Assembly: GCA_050124835.1 (NCBI GenBank)
Contig: JASFEM010000005.1
Span: 2,264-66,263, forward strand
Direction of reading: 5' to 3'
DNA: 64,000 nt
From: Syntrophobacterales bacterium
GTDB taxonomy: Bacteria > Desulfobacterota > Syntrophobacteria > BM002
Part shown: positions 39,534 through 48,701 of the stretch, in pieces
Layout of the letters: every line of letters begins with the position of its first letter
How positions within the stretch are numbered: the first letter of the stretch is position 1
Notes under the pieces: model-generated
What the model was told of the DNA's origin: nothing
The model's input: the letters and a program-made list of their open reading frames with translations, nothing else
Database searches by the model: none
Program-made: the position numbers and the translations under genes

Positions 39534-41498
39534 ATGCGCATCGGCGTTGATACGGGCGGAACCTTTACGGATTTCGTTTTGGAGAAAGAGGGCGGTCTTC
39601 GCTTTCACAAGGTGGTTTCCACCCCGCACAATCCTGCCGAAGCGGTATGTCGTGGCATTGATGAACTTGGTGAGTCCCTATACCCAGGGGATGAAGTCAT
39701 TCATGGCACCACTGTCGCCACCAACGGCTTCCTGGAACGCAAAGGAGCCCGCACTGCGTTAATTACCACACGCGGCTTCCGGGACCTTCTGTGCATTGGT
39801 CGCCAGAACCGACCGGAGCTTTACAACCTCCAGGTGAAAAAGGTTGCCCCATTCATTCGACCTTCCTGGGTTTTCGAGGTGAACGAGCGAACCCTAGCAG
39901 ATGGCACTTTGGTAAGGAAACCAGAGAACGGGCATCTCGGTAAACTGCAACATAAACTCATACAAGGTCGCTTTGAGTCGATAGCTGTGGTCTTCCTCCA
40001 CTCCTACGTAAACCCAACAAACGAGGAACTGGTTGGTGCTGGTTTGCAGGATCTGGGGCTACCGGTATCACTTTCTTCCAAGATTCTCCCGGAGTTTAGA
40101 GAATATGAGCGGCTGAGTACCACCTGCATCAACGCCTATCTGGGACCTCTACTCAGCCATTATTTCCGTGAGCTCGAACAGCGGTTACGCCCGGTCGTTT
40201 TGCTGGTGCAGCAATCAAACGGGGGACACATGACCGTCCCCGAGGCCGCTGAACGTCCGGTGCACACCATCCTTTCGGGTCCGGCCGGTGGTCTCGCCGG
40301 GGCCAGAAAAATCGCCGACTTTCTGGGCGAGCCGCGAATCATAACTTTTGACATGGGGGGCACATCAACGGACGTGGCACTTTCAGACGGGGATCTTCCC
40401 TACACGCGGGAATATCGGCTGGACGACTTTCCCGTTGGTGTCCAGGTACTGGACATTCATACCATCGGAGCCGGCGGTGGCTCCATTGCCTGGCTGGATC
40501 GGGCTGGTGCTCTCAGAGTCGGTCCCAAGAGCGCTGGTGCCGATCCTGGCCCTGTCTGCTACGGCAAGGGTAACGAGCTGACGGTCACAGACGCCAACCT
40601 CTTTCTGGGTCGTCTCCTTCCCGATTATTTTTTGGGCGGGGGGCTAACGCTCTATCCAGAGCGCACCGAAAAGACTATGCGCCATTTCGCCTCTCGCCTT
40701 GGGGTGTCAGCACTGCAGGCAGCTGAAGGCATTGTTGCAGTGGCCAATGCCAACATGAACCGAGCCTTGAGGGCCGTCTCCGTGGAACGCGGTTACCATC
40801 CCCGAGATTATGTCCTTGTTTGTCTGGGAGGAGCCTCCGGTCTGCATGCATGTGAACTGGCACTTGAATTGAACATCCACCGCATCATTCTACCCATTGC
40901 CACCGGCGTGCTCTCAGCCCTCGGCATGGTGAGCGGTAGCCACCGGCGTGATCTGTCACGCACTGTACTTTTAAAACAACACCAGTTTCAAACCACCCAG
41001 CTAGAAAAGCTATTTCAAACCCTTGAATCAGATGGATTTCAAGAACTGGCAAGGACCGGCATCGAGGCCACTGATTTTTCTGCCGTGCGGAAATTGGACG
41101 TCCGCTATTATGGACAATCCTACGAAATCCCGATTCCACACACCAAGGATTTTGTGGATGTTTTCCATCAAGAACACGAGCGGCTTTTTGGTCATGCATT
41201 TTTGGACAGGGATATTGAAATCACCACGCTCCGACTCAGTCTGGAGACTGAATCACCGGTTCTCTCTCTTCCCCGCCAAGGTGCAGCTGGGCAGGAAAAA
41301 CTTCCAGGCTATCGCCCACTTTATTATGCTGGAACTTTTGTTGATGCCGCAATTTCTCACCGCACTCGGTTGCAGCCGGGGCAAAAGTTCGCCGGACCTG
41401 CACTTATTTTAGACGATAGCAGCACCTGTCTGGTTACGCCCGAATTTGTTGCGCAGGCCGATATCCACGGGAACTTACACTTGGAGAGGATGCGATAG
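39534..41498 (+). CDS. Hydantoinase/oxoprolinase subunit A
   Basis: DTGGTFTD, HGTTVATN, LSGPAGG, DMGGTSTD, GAGGGS, SAGADPGP. Confidence 0.95.
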   Translation: MRIGVDTGGTFTDFVLEKEGGLRFHKVVSTPHNPAEAVCRGIDELGESLYPGDEVIHGTTVATNGFLERKGARTALITTRGFRDLLCIGRQNRPELYNLQVKKVAPFIRPSWVFEVNERTLADGTLVRKPENGHLGKLQHKLIQGRFESIAVVFLHSYVNPTNEELVGAGLQDLGLPVSLSSKILPEFREYERLSTTCINAYLGPLLSHYFRELEQRLRPVVLLVQQSNGGHMTVPEAAERPVHTILSGPAGGLAGARKIADFLGEPRIITFDMGGTSTDVALSDGDLPYTREYRLDDFPVGVQVLDIHTIGAGGGSIAWLDRAGALRVGPKSAGADPGPVCYGKGNELTVTDANLFLGRLLPDYFLGGGLTLYPERTEKTMRHFASRLGVSALQAAEGIVAVANANMNRALRAVSVERGYHPRDYVLVCLGGASGLHACELALELNIHRIILPIATGVLSALGMVSGSHRRDLSRTVLLKQHQFQTTQLEKLFQTLESDGFQELARTGIEATDFSAVRKLDVRYYGQSYEIPIPHTKDFVDVFHQEHERLFGHAFLDRDIEITTLRLSLETESPVLSLPRQGAAGQEKLPGYRPLYYAGTFVDAAISHRTRLQPGQKFAGPALILDDSSTCLVTPEFVAQADIHGNLHLERMR

Positions 41499-43085
41499 AT
41501 GGCCACGCCAATCGAACTGGAGGTCTTCAACAAACTCTTCGCTTCAGTGGCCGAGGAGATGGGTATAGTGCTGCGACGCAGTGCATTTTCAGCAAACATC
41601 AAAGAACGGCGCGATTTCTCCTGTGCCCTCTTTGACCGGCAAGGTCTGCTGCTTGCCCAGGCAGCACATATTCCGGTACATCTCGGAGCCATGCCTTTGG
41701 CAATGGCTGCGGCGCACTCAGGCAGGAAATGGAGTCCCGGCGATGTGGTGATTCTAAATGATCCCTACAAGGGCGGGACTCATCTTCCGGATATTACCCT
41801 CATCGCGCCAGTTTACTGCGGTGAACCTCACCCGCTTTTCTTTGTAGCCGCCCGGGCCCATCATGCTGACGTAGGCGGCATTGAACCCGGGTCCATGCCG
41901 GTGGCAACAGATATTCGCCAGGAAGGTGTGATTATTCCGCCAACACGACTGGTTCGGGCCGGTTCAACTCATCACAGCTTTCTCGAGGACTTCCTTAGGC
42001 AATGCCGGTCCGCTACCGAGCGCCAGGGTGATTTAGACGCTCAGTTAGCTGCCCTCAGGCGGGGATCCTTGCGTTTGGAAGAACTGGTGGCCAGACACGG
42101 GCGTGAACGACTTGAAGAAATGGGAGCAGAACTCCTGGCCTACTCACAGCGGGCCATGCGCCGATGCATCAGCCGTATCCCCGATGGGATCTACCAGTGG
42201 CAAGATCTGCTGGACGACGATGGTTGTGAAACAGAAGATATCGCCATTCACCTTCGTCTCACCATTCGTGAAGACCAGGTGGAAGCCGACTTCACCCAGA
42301 GTTCAGCTCAGGTTAAGGGAGGGGTAAACGCGGTGAGGGCAGTAACTCAGTCGGCGTTGGTTTATGTTTTCCTCTGCCTTCTGGACCAGTCTTACCCCAT
42401 TACCCACGGCTGTTTCGAGCCCCTTACCTTGCATACCAGACCGGGCACCATCTGTGACGCCAAATTTCCGGCTCCGGTGGCTGCGGGCAACGTGGAGACC
42501 TCCCAGCGGTTGGTGGATGTGCTTTTAGGCGCTCTAGCCCAGGCCTTGCCCGGAGAAATCCCTGCTGCCAGCTGCGGCTCCATGAACAATGTGGCCATTG
42601 GCAACTCCCCTGACAGTGAGGGTCCCGAGTTTACCTATTATGAAACCATCGGTGGTGGTATGGGGGCCCGGCGGGACATGGATGGACTTGACGGTGTCCA
42701 TACCCATATGACCAACACCTTGAACACCCCGGTGGAAGCCATAGAGCACAGTTACCCTCTGCTCATTGAAACGTACAGACTGATTCCAGGTTCCGGAGGT
42801 CGCGGTCGCTATCGAGGTGGCCGCGGCATCCGACGCGATTATCGTTTTCTTGCTCCGGCCCGGGTGAGCTTGCTCAGCGAACGACGCCGCCACCCCCCAC
42901 CGGGCACCAGGGGCGGCGAACCCGGCAGAGCCGGTGAAAATATCCTTTTTCGCAAGAAAAAACCGCAGAGGCTGCCCGGTAAGGTAAATCTGGAAGTGTT
43001 GGTTGGTGATCTACTCAGCATCCGCACTCCCGGCGGCGGCGGTTTTGGCAGAAAGAAGAAGCTGCCAGCAAAGAGAAAAATTTGA
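41499..43085 (+). CDS. Hydantoinase/oxoprolinase subunit B
   Basis: SANIKERRDFSCA, HIPVHLG, NDPY.GGTHLPD, HHADVGG, TPGGGG. Confidence 0.95.
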   Translation: MATPIELEVFNKLFASVAEEMGIVLRRSAFSANIKERRDFSCALFDRQGLLLAQAAHIPVHLGAMPLAMAAAHSGRKWSPGDVVILNDPYKGGTHLPDITLIAPVYCGEPHPLFFVAARAHHADVGGIEPGSMPVATDIRQEGVIIPPTRLVRAGSTHHSFLEDFLRQCRSATERQGDLDAQLAALRRGSLRLEELVARHGRERLEEMGAELLAYSQRAMRRCISRIPDGIYQWQDLLDDDGCETEDIAIHLRLTIREDQVEADFTQSSAQVKGGVNAVRAVTQSALVYVFLCLLDQSYPITHGCFEPLTLHTRPGTICDAKFPAPVAAGNVETSQRLVDVLLGALAQALPGEIPAASCGSMNNVAIGNSPDSEGPEFTYYETIGGGMGARRDMDGLDGVHTHMTNTLNTPVEAIEHSYPLLIETYRLIPGSGGRGRYRGGRGIRRDYRFLAPARVSLLSERRRHPPPGTRGGEPGRAGENILFRKKKPQRLPGKVNLEVLVGDLLSIRTPGGGGFGRKKKLPAKRKI

Positions 43086-43255
43086 CAAGTAAGATAGGAT
43101 ATTTTATATCCAACTCTGCCATTGATTTATGCTCATCTGGATATATTGGCGCTGCACAGCCCAGTTGAATTCCCGGGAGGTAACCCTATTTTACCGGGCC
43201 AGCAGAAACAAAGGTTTTTTGACTAGGCGTGGATTTGAGACAAAAATGAGAAAGG

Positions 43256-43690
43256 ATGATCATGTACTCTAAAATGCTCGTGCTCCGATTTTCCAAAGAG
43301 ATCGTCAATGAACCCATCATTGCCAACCTGGTGCGGGACTACGACCTTACTTTCAATATCCTCAAGGCTACCGTCTACCCCCGCCGCGAAGGCATGGTGG
43401 TTATGGAACTGCAGGGGAAAGTCCGCGAGGACTACGACCGTGGCATCCGCTACCTGGAGCGGCGGGGAGTCACGGTGGACACCGTCGCCCAGGATATCCA
43501 GCGAGACATGGACAAGTGTTTCGAGTGCGGCGCCTGCACAGCCGTCTGTCCCACCGGGGCGCTTCACATCGAGCGGCCTAGTATGCATGTGCTTTTCGAT
43601 CCCGAAAAGTGCAGCGGTTGTGAACTCTGCGTGAATACCTGTCCTGTAAGGGCCATGATCGTGAGTATCGATCGGGCCGAGGCTCTATGA
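43256..43690 (+). CDS. NIL-domain / 2x[4Fe-4S] ferredoxin
   Basis: N-terminal PII..L...FNIL (NIL domain) and two CxxCxxCxxxCP motifs. Confidence 0.9.
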   Translation: MIMYSKMLVLRFSKEIVNEPIIANLVRDYDLTFNILKATVYPRREGMVVMELQGKVREDYDRGIRYLERRGVTVDTVAQDIQRDMDKCFECGACTAVCPTGALHIERPSMHVLFDPEKCSGCELCVNTCPVRAMIVSIDRAEAL

Positions 43691-44859
43691 GTATCAAGAA
43701 ACCGCAAAAGAAACCTTCTGGCTCGAAAAAAGACCAAGCTCAGCCCCTCACTATCCGCACCGCGCTCAGCGACCGGATCAGACTGTCGCATCCAAACAAG
43801 CTCCAACCAGGGGAAACCGTGGCAGTGGCAATCAGTGGTGGTGTGGACAGCATGGTAGCGGCTCGGCTGCTAAAAGAGCGCGGCCACCAGGTGGTGGCGC
43901 TTCACATGATCTTACTCCTAGACGACCGACCGGAGCCCAGCGAACACATCCGGAAGCTTGCGGCCCGTCTAGATGTTCCTCTCCACGCCGTTGATCTTCG
44001 CCTCCCCTTTCATGAGTTGGTGATTAAACCCTTTCTCACAGGTTACCGGCAGGGCAAAACGGTAAACCCCTGCGTGATCTGCAATCCAACAATCAAGTTC
44101 AAACTACTCCGAGAGCAAGCTGTAAGGCTTGGTGCAAAGATACTCGCAACCGGTCACTATGCCAGACTGCGTTTTTCCGACAGTGATGAACGGGTTAGGT
44201 TGTTTCGGGCACGAGATCGGCGCAAAGATCAGTCTTACTTTCTTTACGGACTCACCCAACCCCAACTCGCCCAGGCGTTTTTTCCCTTGGGAGATTTCCT
44301 GAAAAGCGAGGTGCGGCAACTGGCGGCAGACACCGGAATGAGCGACTGGCATCGGCCCGAAAGCCAGGAAATTTGCTTTATCTCTGATGAAGACTACAGG
44401 AACTTCATGGAGAAGCATTTGGGGCCGGCTCTGCCGGAACCAGGACCCGTTCTCGATCTGGAGGGACGCCAGGTAGGTGAACATCAAGGAATCCACCGGT
44501 ACACCATCGGCCAACGCCGCGGGCTCGGCATTCCCTCCTCCGCTCCCTACTATGTGGTGGGACTGGAGCCTGAAACCAACACCGTTCGGGTGGGTCGTGA
44601 GTCGGACCTCAACAAAGTGGAAATGTTGGTTACCGATGTCAACTGGATTGCCGCTCCCCCAACCACGGATAAATTGGAGGCACTGGTGCAGGTTCGCTCT
44701 CGCCACCAGGAAGCGCCAGCCCTACTGAAGCATACTGGTCAGGGAATCATTGTCCGTTTTAACGAGCCGCAAATGGCCATTACTCCGGGGCAATCTGCCG
44801 TTTTTTATTCTGACGACGAGGTTATCGGCGGCGGCATTATCGAGCGGGTGATCTCATGA
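43687..44859 (+). CDS. mnmA: tRNA 2-thiouridylase MnmA
   Basis: SGGVDS, NPCVICN, ATGHYA, KDQSYFL, SQEICF, YTIGQRRGL, TPGQ. Confidence 0.95.
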   Translation: MSIKKPQKKPSGSKKDQAQPLTIRTALSDRIRLSHPNKLQPGETVAVAISGGVDSMVAARLLKERGHQVVALHMILLLDDRPEPSEHIRKLAARLDVPLHAVDLRLPFHELVIKPFLTGYRQGKTVNPCVICNPTIKFKLLREQAVRLGAKILATGHYARLRFSDSDERVRLFRARDRRKDQSYFLYGLTQPQLAQAFFPLGDFLKSEVRQLAADTGMSDWHRPESQEICFISDEDYRNFMEKHLGPALPEPGPVLDLEGRQVGEHQGIHRYTIGQRRGLGIPSSAPYYVVGLEPETNTVRVGRESDLNKVEMLVTDVNWIAAPPTTDKLEALVQVRSRHQEAPALLKHTGQGIIVRFNEPQMAITPGQSAVFYSDDEVIGGGIIERVIS

Positions 44860-46169
44860 ACTCGGTAGCGCTGACAACGCTTGGTTGCAAGGTAAATCAG
44901 TGTGAATCCGCCTTTCTGGAAGAAAAACTGTCAGAAGCTGGATTTCTGCTATGTTCATTTGCTGAAAAAGCGGACCTTTACTGTATAAACACCTGTGCGG
45001 TCACAAGCCGGGCTGCCATGCAGTCTCGCCAGCTCATCCGTCGTGCTGTGCGGCAGAATCCCAAAGCACGGGTGGTGGTCATGGGCTGCTATCCTCAGAT
45101 CGCTGCTGAAGAGATAGCCACCATTCCCGGAATAACCCATGTCCTCGGTACCACCGAAAAGTTGTCACTCCTGGATTATCTTGCCCCCCCGGAAGCGAAT
45201 GCCCCGCCATGGATCCACCTAAAAGATGCCCGCAAGGCTCCTGAGCCGACACCCCTAGTTTTCTCTAGTTTTGCCCACAGGACCCGGGCTTTTTTGAAGA
45301 TTCAAGACGGCTGTGATGCTTTCTGCTCTTACTGCGTCGTTCCTTACGCCCGGGGCCGCAGCCGTAGTATCAGCCTGCAATCCATTCTTGCGCAGGTGCA
45401 AAGATTTCTGGACCACAATTACCAGGAAATTGTACTCACTGGTATTCATTTGGGCCATTGGGGCTTGGACTTGAAACCCAGGCAAGGTTTGGTTGACCTT
45501 CTCAGGGCCATTTTCCACCAAAGCCCTCCAGCACGGTTCAGACTGAGTTCGCTGGAGCCTGGAGAAATCACCCCTGAATTGCTGGAACTCGTGGCTACCA
45601 CACCCGAACTCTGCCCGCACCTGCATATTCCACTGCAAAGTGGTGACAGTTCTGTTTTGAGTCGGATGAACCGCCATTACCACCCGAATTTATACCGGGA
45701 ACTGGTGCTGGGGGCCATCCACCAGATGCCCGATCTGGCGGTGGGAGCTGACGTGCTGGTGGGCTTTCCCGGCGAGACCGATGAATGTTTCCAGAATACT
45801 TACCAGTTAATCGAATCTCTCCCCTTAGCCTACTTGCATATCTTCCCTTTCTCACCTCGACCCACCACCCCTGCGGCTCATATGAAAGAACAGGTAGCTC
45901 CTGCACTAATTCGCCAGCGATGCCAGTCCCTCAGAGAGTTGGATCAGAAAAAGCGACTCACCTTTATGCAGCGATTTCTAGGAAAAATTAGGCCGGTACT
46001 TGTGGAAAATCGGCGGGACCAAGCGAGCGGCATGCACTGTGGCTTTTCGGACAACTACCTGCCCGTGCTGGTGCAGGCCAATTCAGGTTCTGAAAATCGG
46101 CTACTTATGGCAAGATTCGACCGGCTCGAAGAAACGAAGTTGGTTGCCATTCCTATCCAGTCAAAATAG
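44856..46169 (+). CDS. mtaB: tRNA t6A37 methylthiotransferase MtaB
   Basis: TLGCKVNQ.ES, NTCAVT, KIQDGCDAFCSYC (radical SAM), EIVLTGIHLG. Confidence 0.92.
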   Translation: MNSVALTTLGCKVNQCESAFLEEKLSEAGFLLCSFAEKADLYCINTCAVTSRAAMQSRQLIRRAVRQNPKARVVVMGCYPQIAAEEIATIPGITHVLGTTEKLSLLDYLAPPEANAPPWIHLKDARKAPEPTPLVFSSFAHRTRAFLKIQDGCDAFCSYCVVPYARGRSRSISLQSILAQVQRFLDHNYQEIVLTGIHLGHWGLDLKPRQGLVDLLRAIFHQSPPARFRLSSLEPGEITPELLELVATTPELCPHLHIPLQSGDSSVLSRMNRHYHPNLYRELVLGAIHQMPDLAVGADVLVGFPGETDECFQNTYQLIESLPLAYLHIFPFSPRPTTPAAHMKEQVAPALIRQRCQSLRELDQKKRLTFMQRFLGKIRPVLVENRRDQASGMHCGFSDNYLPVLVQANSGSENRLLMARFDRLEETKLVAIPIQSK

Positions 46170-46340
46170 TCATTCAGTCATTGCGCTCCGCTGTCATTAG
46201 GTCACTATGTCGACTCTGTAATCGATTACTAATAAGAGCAACGGCAGGCGCCATTGATCAAGTCAAACAACGACCTAGTGACTATGAATAATCGCAAAGC
46301 ACAGTGACGGCACAAACCAAGATATTTTGATGACCCAAGG
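46167..46340. repeat. GTCAYT/AGTGAC-type repeat element
   Basis: agtcattcagtcattg..gtcattaggtcactatgtc ... gacctagtgactatgaat. Confidence 0.6.
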
Positions 46341-46346
46341 ACTACT

Positions 46347-46916
46347 CTAAAAACCCTGATATACCACCCGATCTGGTCGGCGTGGCGGGACTTTTGGGGT
46401 TTCGTCAGGATACCCCAGCGGTATTATGGCCACCAGGGTCATGTTGGTCACCCCTAGGAAACGGTCGATCTGATTGGTGACATACACTGGTCCCGTCATC
46501 CAGCACGTTCCAAGACCCTCAGCGTGTGCCACTAGCAGCATATTCTGTATGACTGCTGCCACGTTCTGGTAGCTGGTAACATCTACCGTATTCGCCGGCT
46601 CGAAGTAAGCACAAACCACAATTGGTGCCCCTCCGAGTCGTTTGAAAAACCTGCGAGTCGCCTCTACGATCTTGGGCTTTTCAGCAAAGAGTTCTTGGAG
46701 TTGGGGTTCCAGATATTCAAAGCTGGTGGAGCAGATGGAGACAAGCTCTTCTTTTCTTTCTCCCGTCAACACAAAGAGTTTCCAATTCTGCCTGTTCATC
46801 CCGGAGGGAGCCCATAGGGCAATATCAAAGATCTTCTCGAGGAGATCCTTTGCTACGGGGGTTTGTTTGAATTTGCGAATACTTCGCCGTCCCTTAATGG
46901 CATCGTAAAGATCCAC
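46347..46916 (-). CDS. Nitroreductase family protein
   Basis: RRSIRKF, APSGMNRQNW, GLGTCW, LGYP; AAGGAGG before GTG 46916. Confidence 0.92.
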   Translation of the reverse strand: MDLYDAIKGRRSIRKFKQTPVAKDLLEKIFDIALWAPSGMNRQNWKLFVLTGERKEELVSICSTSFEYLEPQLQELFAEKPKIVEATRRFFKRLGGAPIVVCAYFEPANTVDVTSYQNVAAVIQNMLLVAHAEGLGTCWMTGPVYVTNQIDRFLGVTNMTLVAIIPLGYPDETPKVPPRRPDRVVYQGF

Positions 46917-47099
46917 GACCGCTCCTCCTTTGCATTCAGCTATTCTATTTCTGGCGCAGAGCTTCACACAAAAATCCGGATTTTTCCAGGTAAAAGTAAA
47001 GAGAAGACTTATTTGAGCGATAAGAACTTTTTTTAAAAAATGCGAGGGTAAGACATATATTTCTTGACTATGTCGGTTAAAATGGAGTATTCTACATTT

Positions 47100-47219
47100 G
47101 CGGACCCGAGAAGCTTATCAGCTGCTGTAATGTTTTTCATGCGGCAGTGGAGAGTTACTCGGGTCCGCTACTTTCATGCAGTATTTGCAACAAAAATGGC
47201 CCGCCGAAGCGGGCCTTTT
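47100..47219 (+). ncRNA. Candidate small RNA (long hairpin plus terminator)
   Basis: TTGACT-N18-TATTCT promoter (47064..47093); perfect 11-bp closing stem 47100..47110 / 47158..47168; terminator 47198..47219. Confidence 0.5.
47191..47219. terminator. Bidirectional intrinsic terminator
   Basis: AAAAAT-GGCCCGC-CGAA-GCGGGCC-TTTT; the loop reads UUCG on the minus strand. Confidence 0.85.
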
Positions 47220-47241
47220 GACTTTTCGGTTTATATCTTTT

Positions 47242-47376
47242 TTAAAAAGGTCGGTAAATGGGATTTCCTTCCTCATCCTTGGGATATTCTTCCATTTCAG
47301 CAAAGCTATCGCAACCACAACAACAATCACAATCATCTTCATGGGCCAGTGGTGTATAGCCCGGTTCATATTCCAT
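47242..47376 (-). CDS. 44-aa acidic Cys-rich microprotein (not in ORF track)
   Basis: MEYEPGYTPLAHEDDCDCCCGCDSFAEMEEYPKDEEGNPIYRPF*; AGGGGGTG SD; TTGACT-N17-TAAATT promoter; own terminator. Confidence 0.7.
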   Translation of the reverse strand: MEYEPGYTPLAHEDDCDCCCGCDSFAEMEEYPKDEEGNPIYRPF

Positions 47377-47446
47377 TGACTTCACCCCCTTGATCATTCA
47401 TTCCGATAAATTTAACCACTCGCTTTGTATGAGTCAAATCTCAGAA

Positions 47447-47555
47447 TCATTTCAGATTGCAGAATGCAGATTTAAGATTTGCAAGCCCGCTGGCTCTTCA
47501 ATAAAAACGTCTTGTAGTTTCAATCTGCAATCAGCAATCTACAATCCGAAATCCA
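47447..47555. repeat. Heptamer inverted-repeat element (GATTGCA/TGCAATC)
   Basis: atttcagattgcagaatgcagatttaagattt ... aatctgcaatcagcaatctacaatccgaaatc. Confidence 0.75.
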
Positions 47556-47631
47556 CATTGCCTTGACCCACTTGTTCACCCTTTGCTATCTTGCTCCATA
47601 TAAAGCATGAAACCGAATCCCGAGTGCATCT

Positions 47632-48444
47632 ATGAAGCTGAGACATTTCACCAGTATCAGCACCTTTATCATAATAACTGTAGGAATCTTCATCCTGATT
47701 GGCGCAGCACAGCATTCCGCACTCAGCGAGCAAGATCAGAAAACGCAGCTTTCCCAGCCCGCCGAGACGAGTTGGACACCCCCCCGTTTTTCTGAATATC
47801 AGCGTGAACGCGCCCTGATGGTACGGAGTCAGATGATGCATCGCTATCCCGGGGTGCGTGACAAACCCGTATTGGAAGCCATGCGTCAGGTGCCCCGACA
47901 TCTTTTCGTCCCTTGGGCTTTGAAACGTGCCGCCCATGCGGACCGACCCCTTCCCATCGGCCATGGCCAGACCATTTCTCAGCCTTACATCGTGGGACTC
48001 ATGACCCAAGCTCTCAAGATGAAACCGGATGGCAAGGTTTTGGAAATAGGCACTGGCAGCGGCTACCAGGCGGCAGTGCTTTCTGAATTGACCCCCAGAG
48101 TATTTACCATCGAGATCATCCGCGCCCTTGGAGAAGAGGCTCGAGAGCGTCTGCAGAAACTTGGCTATCAAACAATACAGGCAAAAATAGGTGACGGCTA
48201 TTTTGGCTGGCCCGAAGAGGCTCCCTTTGATGGAATTATTGTCACCTGCGCCGCCGGGCACATCCCTCCCCCTTTGATCGAGCAACTGCGTGAAGGTGGC
48301 CGCATGGTAATTCCAGTGGGAGGAACCTTCGAGGTCCAGCGGTTAATGGTGGTTACCAAAGACCAAGAGGGGAAGGTTCAAACAGAAGAACTGCTCCCGG
48401 TGCGTTTTGTCCCCATGACCGGCGCCATTCAGAAAGCAAGGTAA
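47632..48444 (+). CDS. pcm: Protein-L-isoaspartate O-methyltransferase with N-terminal signal/TM extension
   Basis: VPRHLFVP, GQTISQPYIV, LEIGTGSGYQAAVL, APFDGIIVT, VRFVPM. Confidence 0.93.
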   Translation: MKLRHFTSISTFIIITVGIFILIGAAQHSALSEQDQKTQLSQPAETSWTPPRFSEYQRERALMVRSQMMHRYPGVRDKPVLEAMRQVPRHLFVPWALKRAAHADRPLPIGHGQTISQPYIVGLMTQALKMKPDGKVLEIGTGSGYQAAVLSELTPRVFTIEIIRALGEEARERLQKLGYQTIQAKIGDGYFGWPEEAPFDGIIVTCAAGHIPPPLIEQLREGGRMVIPVGGTFEVQRLMVVTKDQEGKVQTEELLPVRFVPMTGAIQKAR

Positions 48445-48499
48445 TCAGCGGTCACTGCAGGAGTTATAACCACGCAGCGTTTTGACAGTGGGCAGGAGG

Positions 48500-48586
48500 C
48501 TACTAGGCACTAGGAACTAGGCACTATGCACTTGAAGAGCTATCCCAGTTAACTGGTCATTGTGCCTAGTTCCTAGTGCCTAGTTT
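48500..48586. repeat. Heptamer inverted-repeat element (CTAGGCA/TGCCTAG)
   Basis: ctaggcactaggaactaggcac ... gtgcctagttcctagtgcctag. Confidence 0.85.
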
Positions 48587-48701
48587 CTTTCTGCTATGTT
48601 GATAAGCACCCAGCTACATGAGCTGCATGCAAGGATCTAGAGTCAGGACCACTGAAGAGTTGAAATTGGAAAATAGCATCTCCCAGCGCAGTAAGCCACA
48701 T

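Noticed and set aside
47118-47369. 83-aa minus-strand ORF with a hydrophobic stretch (type I toxin candidate)
   Set aside because: It is an alternative frame over the Cys-rich peptide, is poorly spaced from the SD and reads through the terminator.
47539-48285. Long antisense ORFs (for example opposite pcm, eno, serA and mnmA)
   Set aside because: These are shadow ORFs of well-supported genes and carry no motifs of their own.
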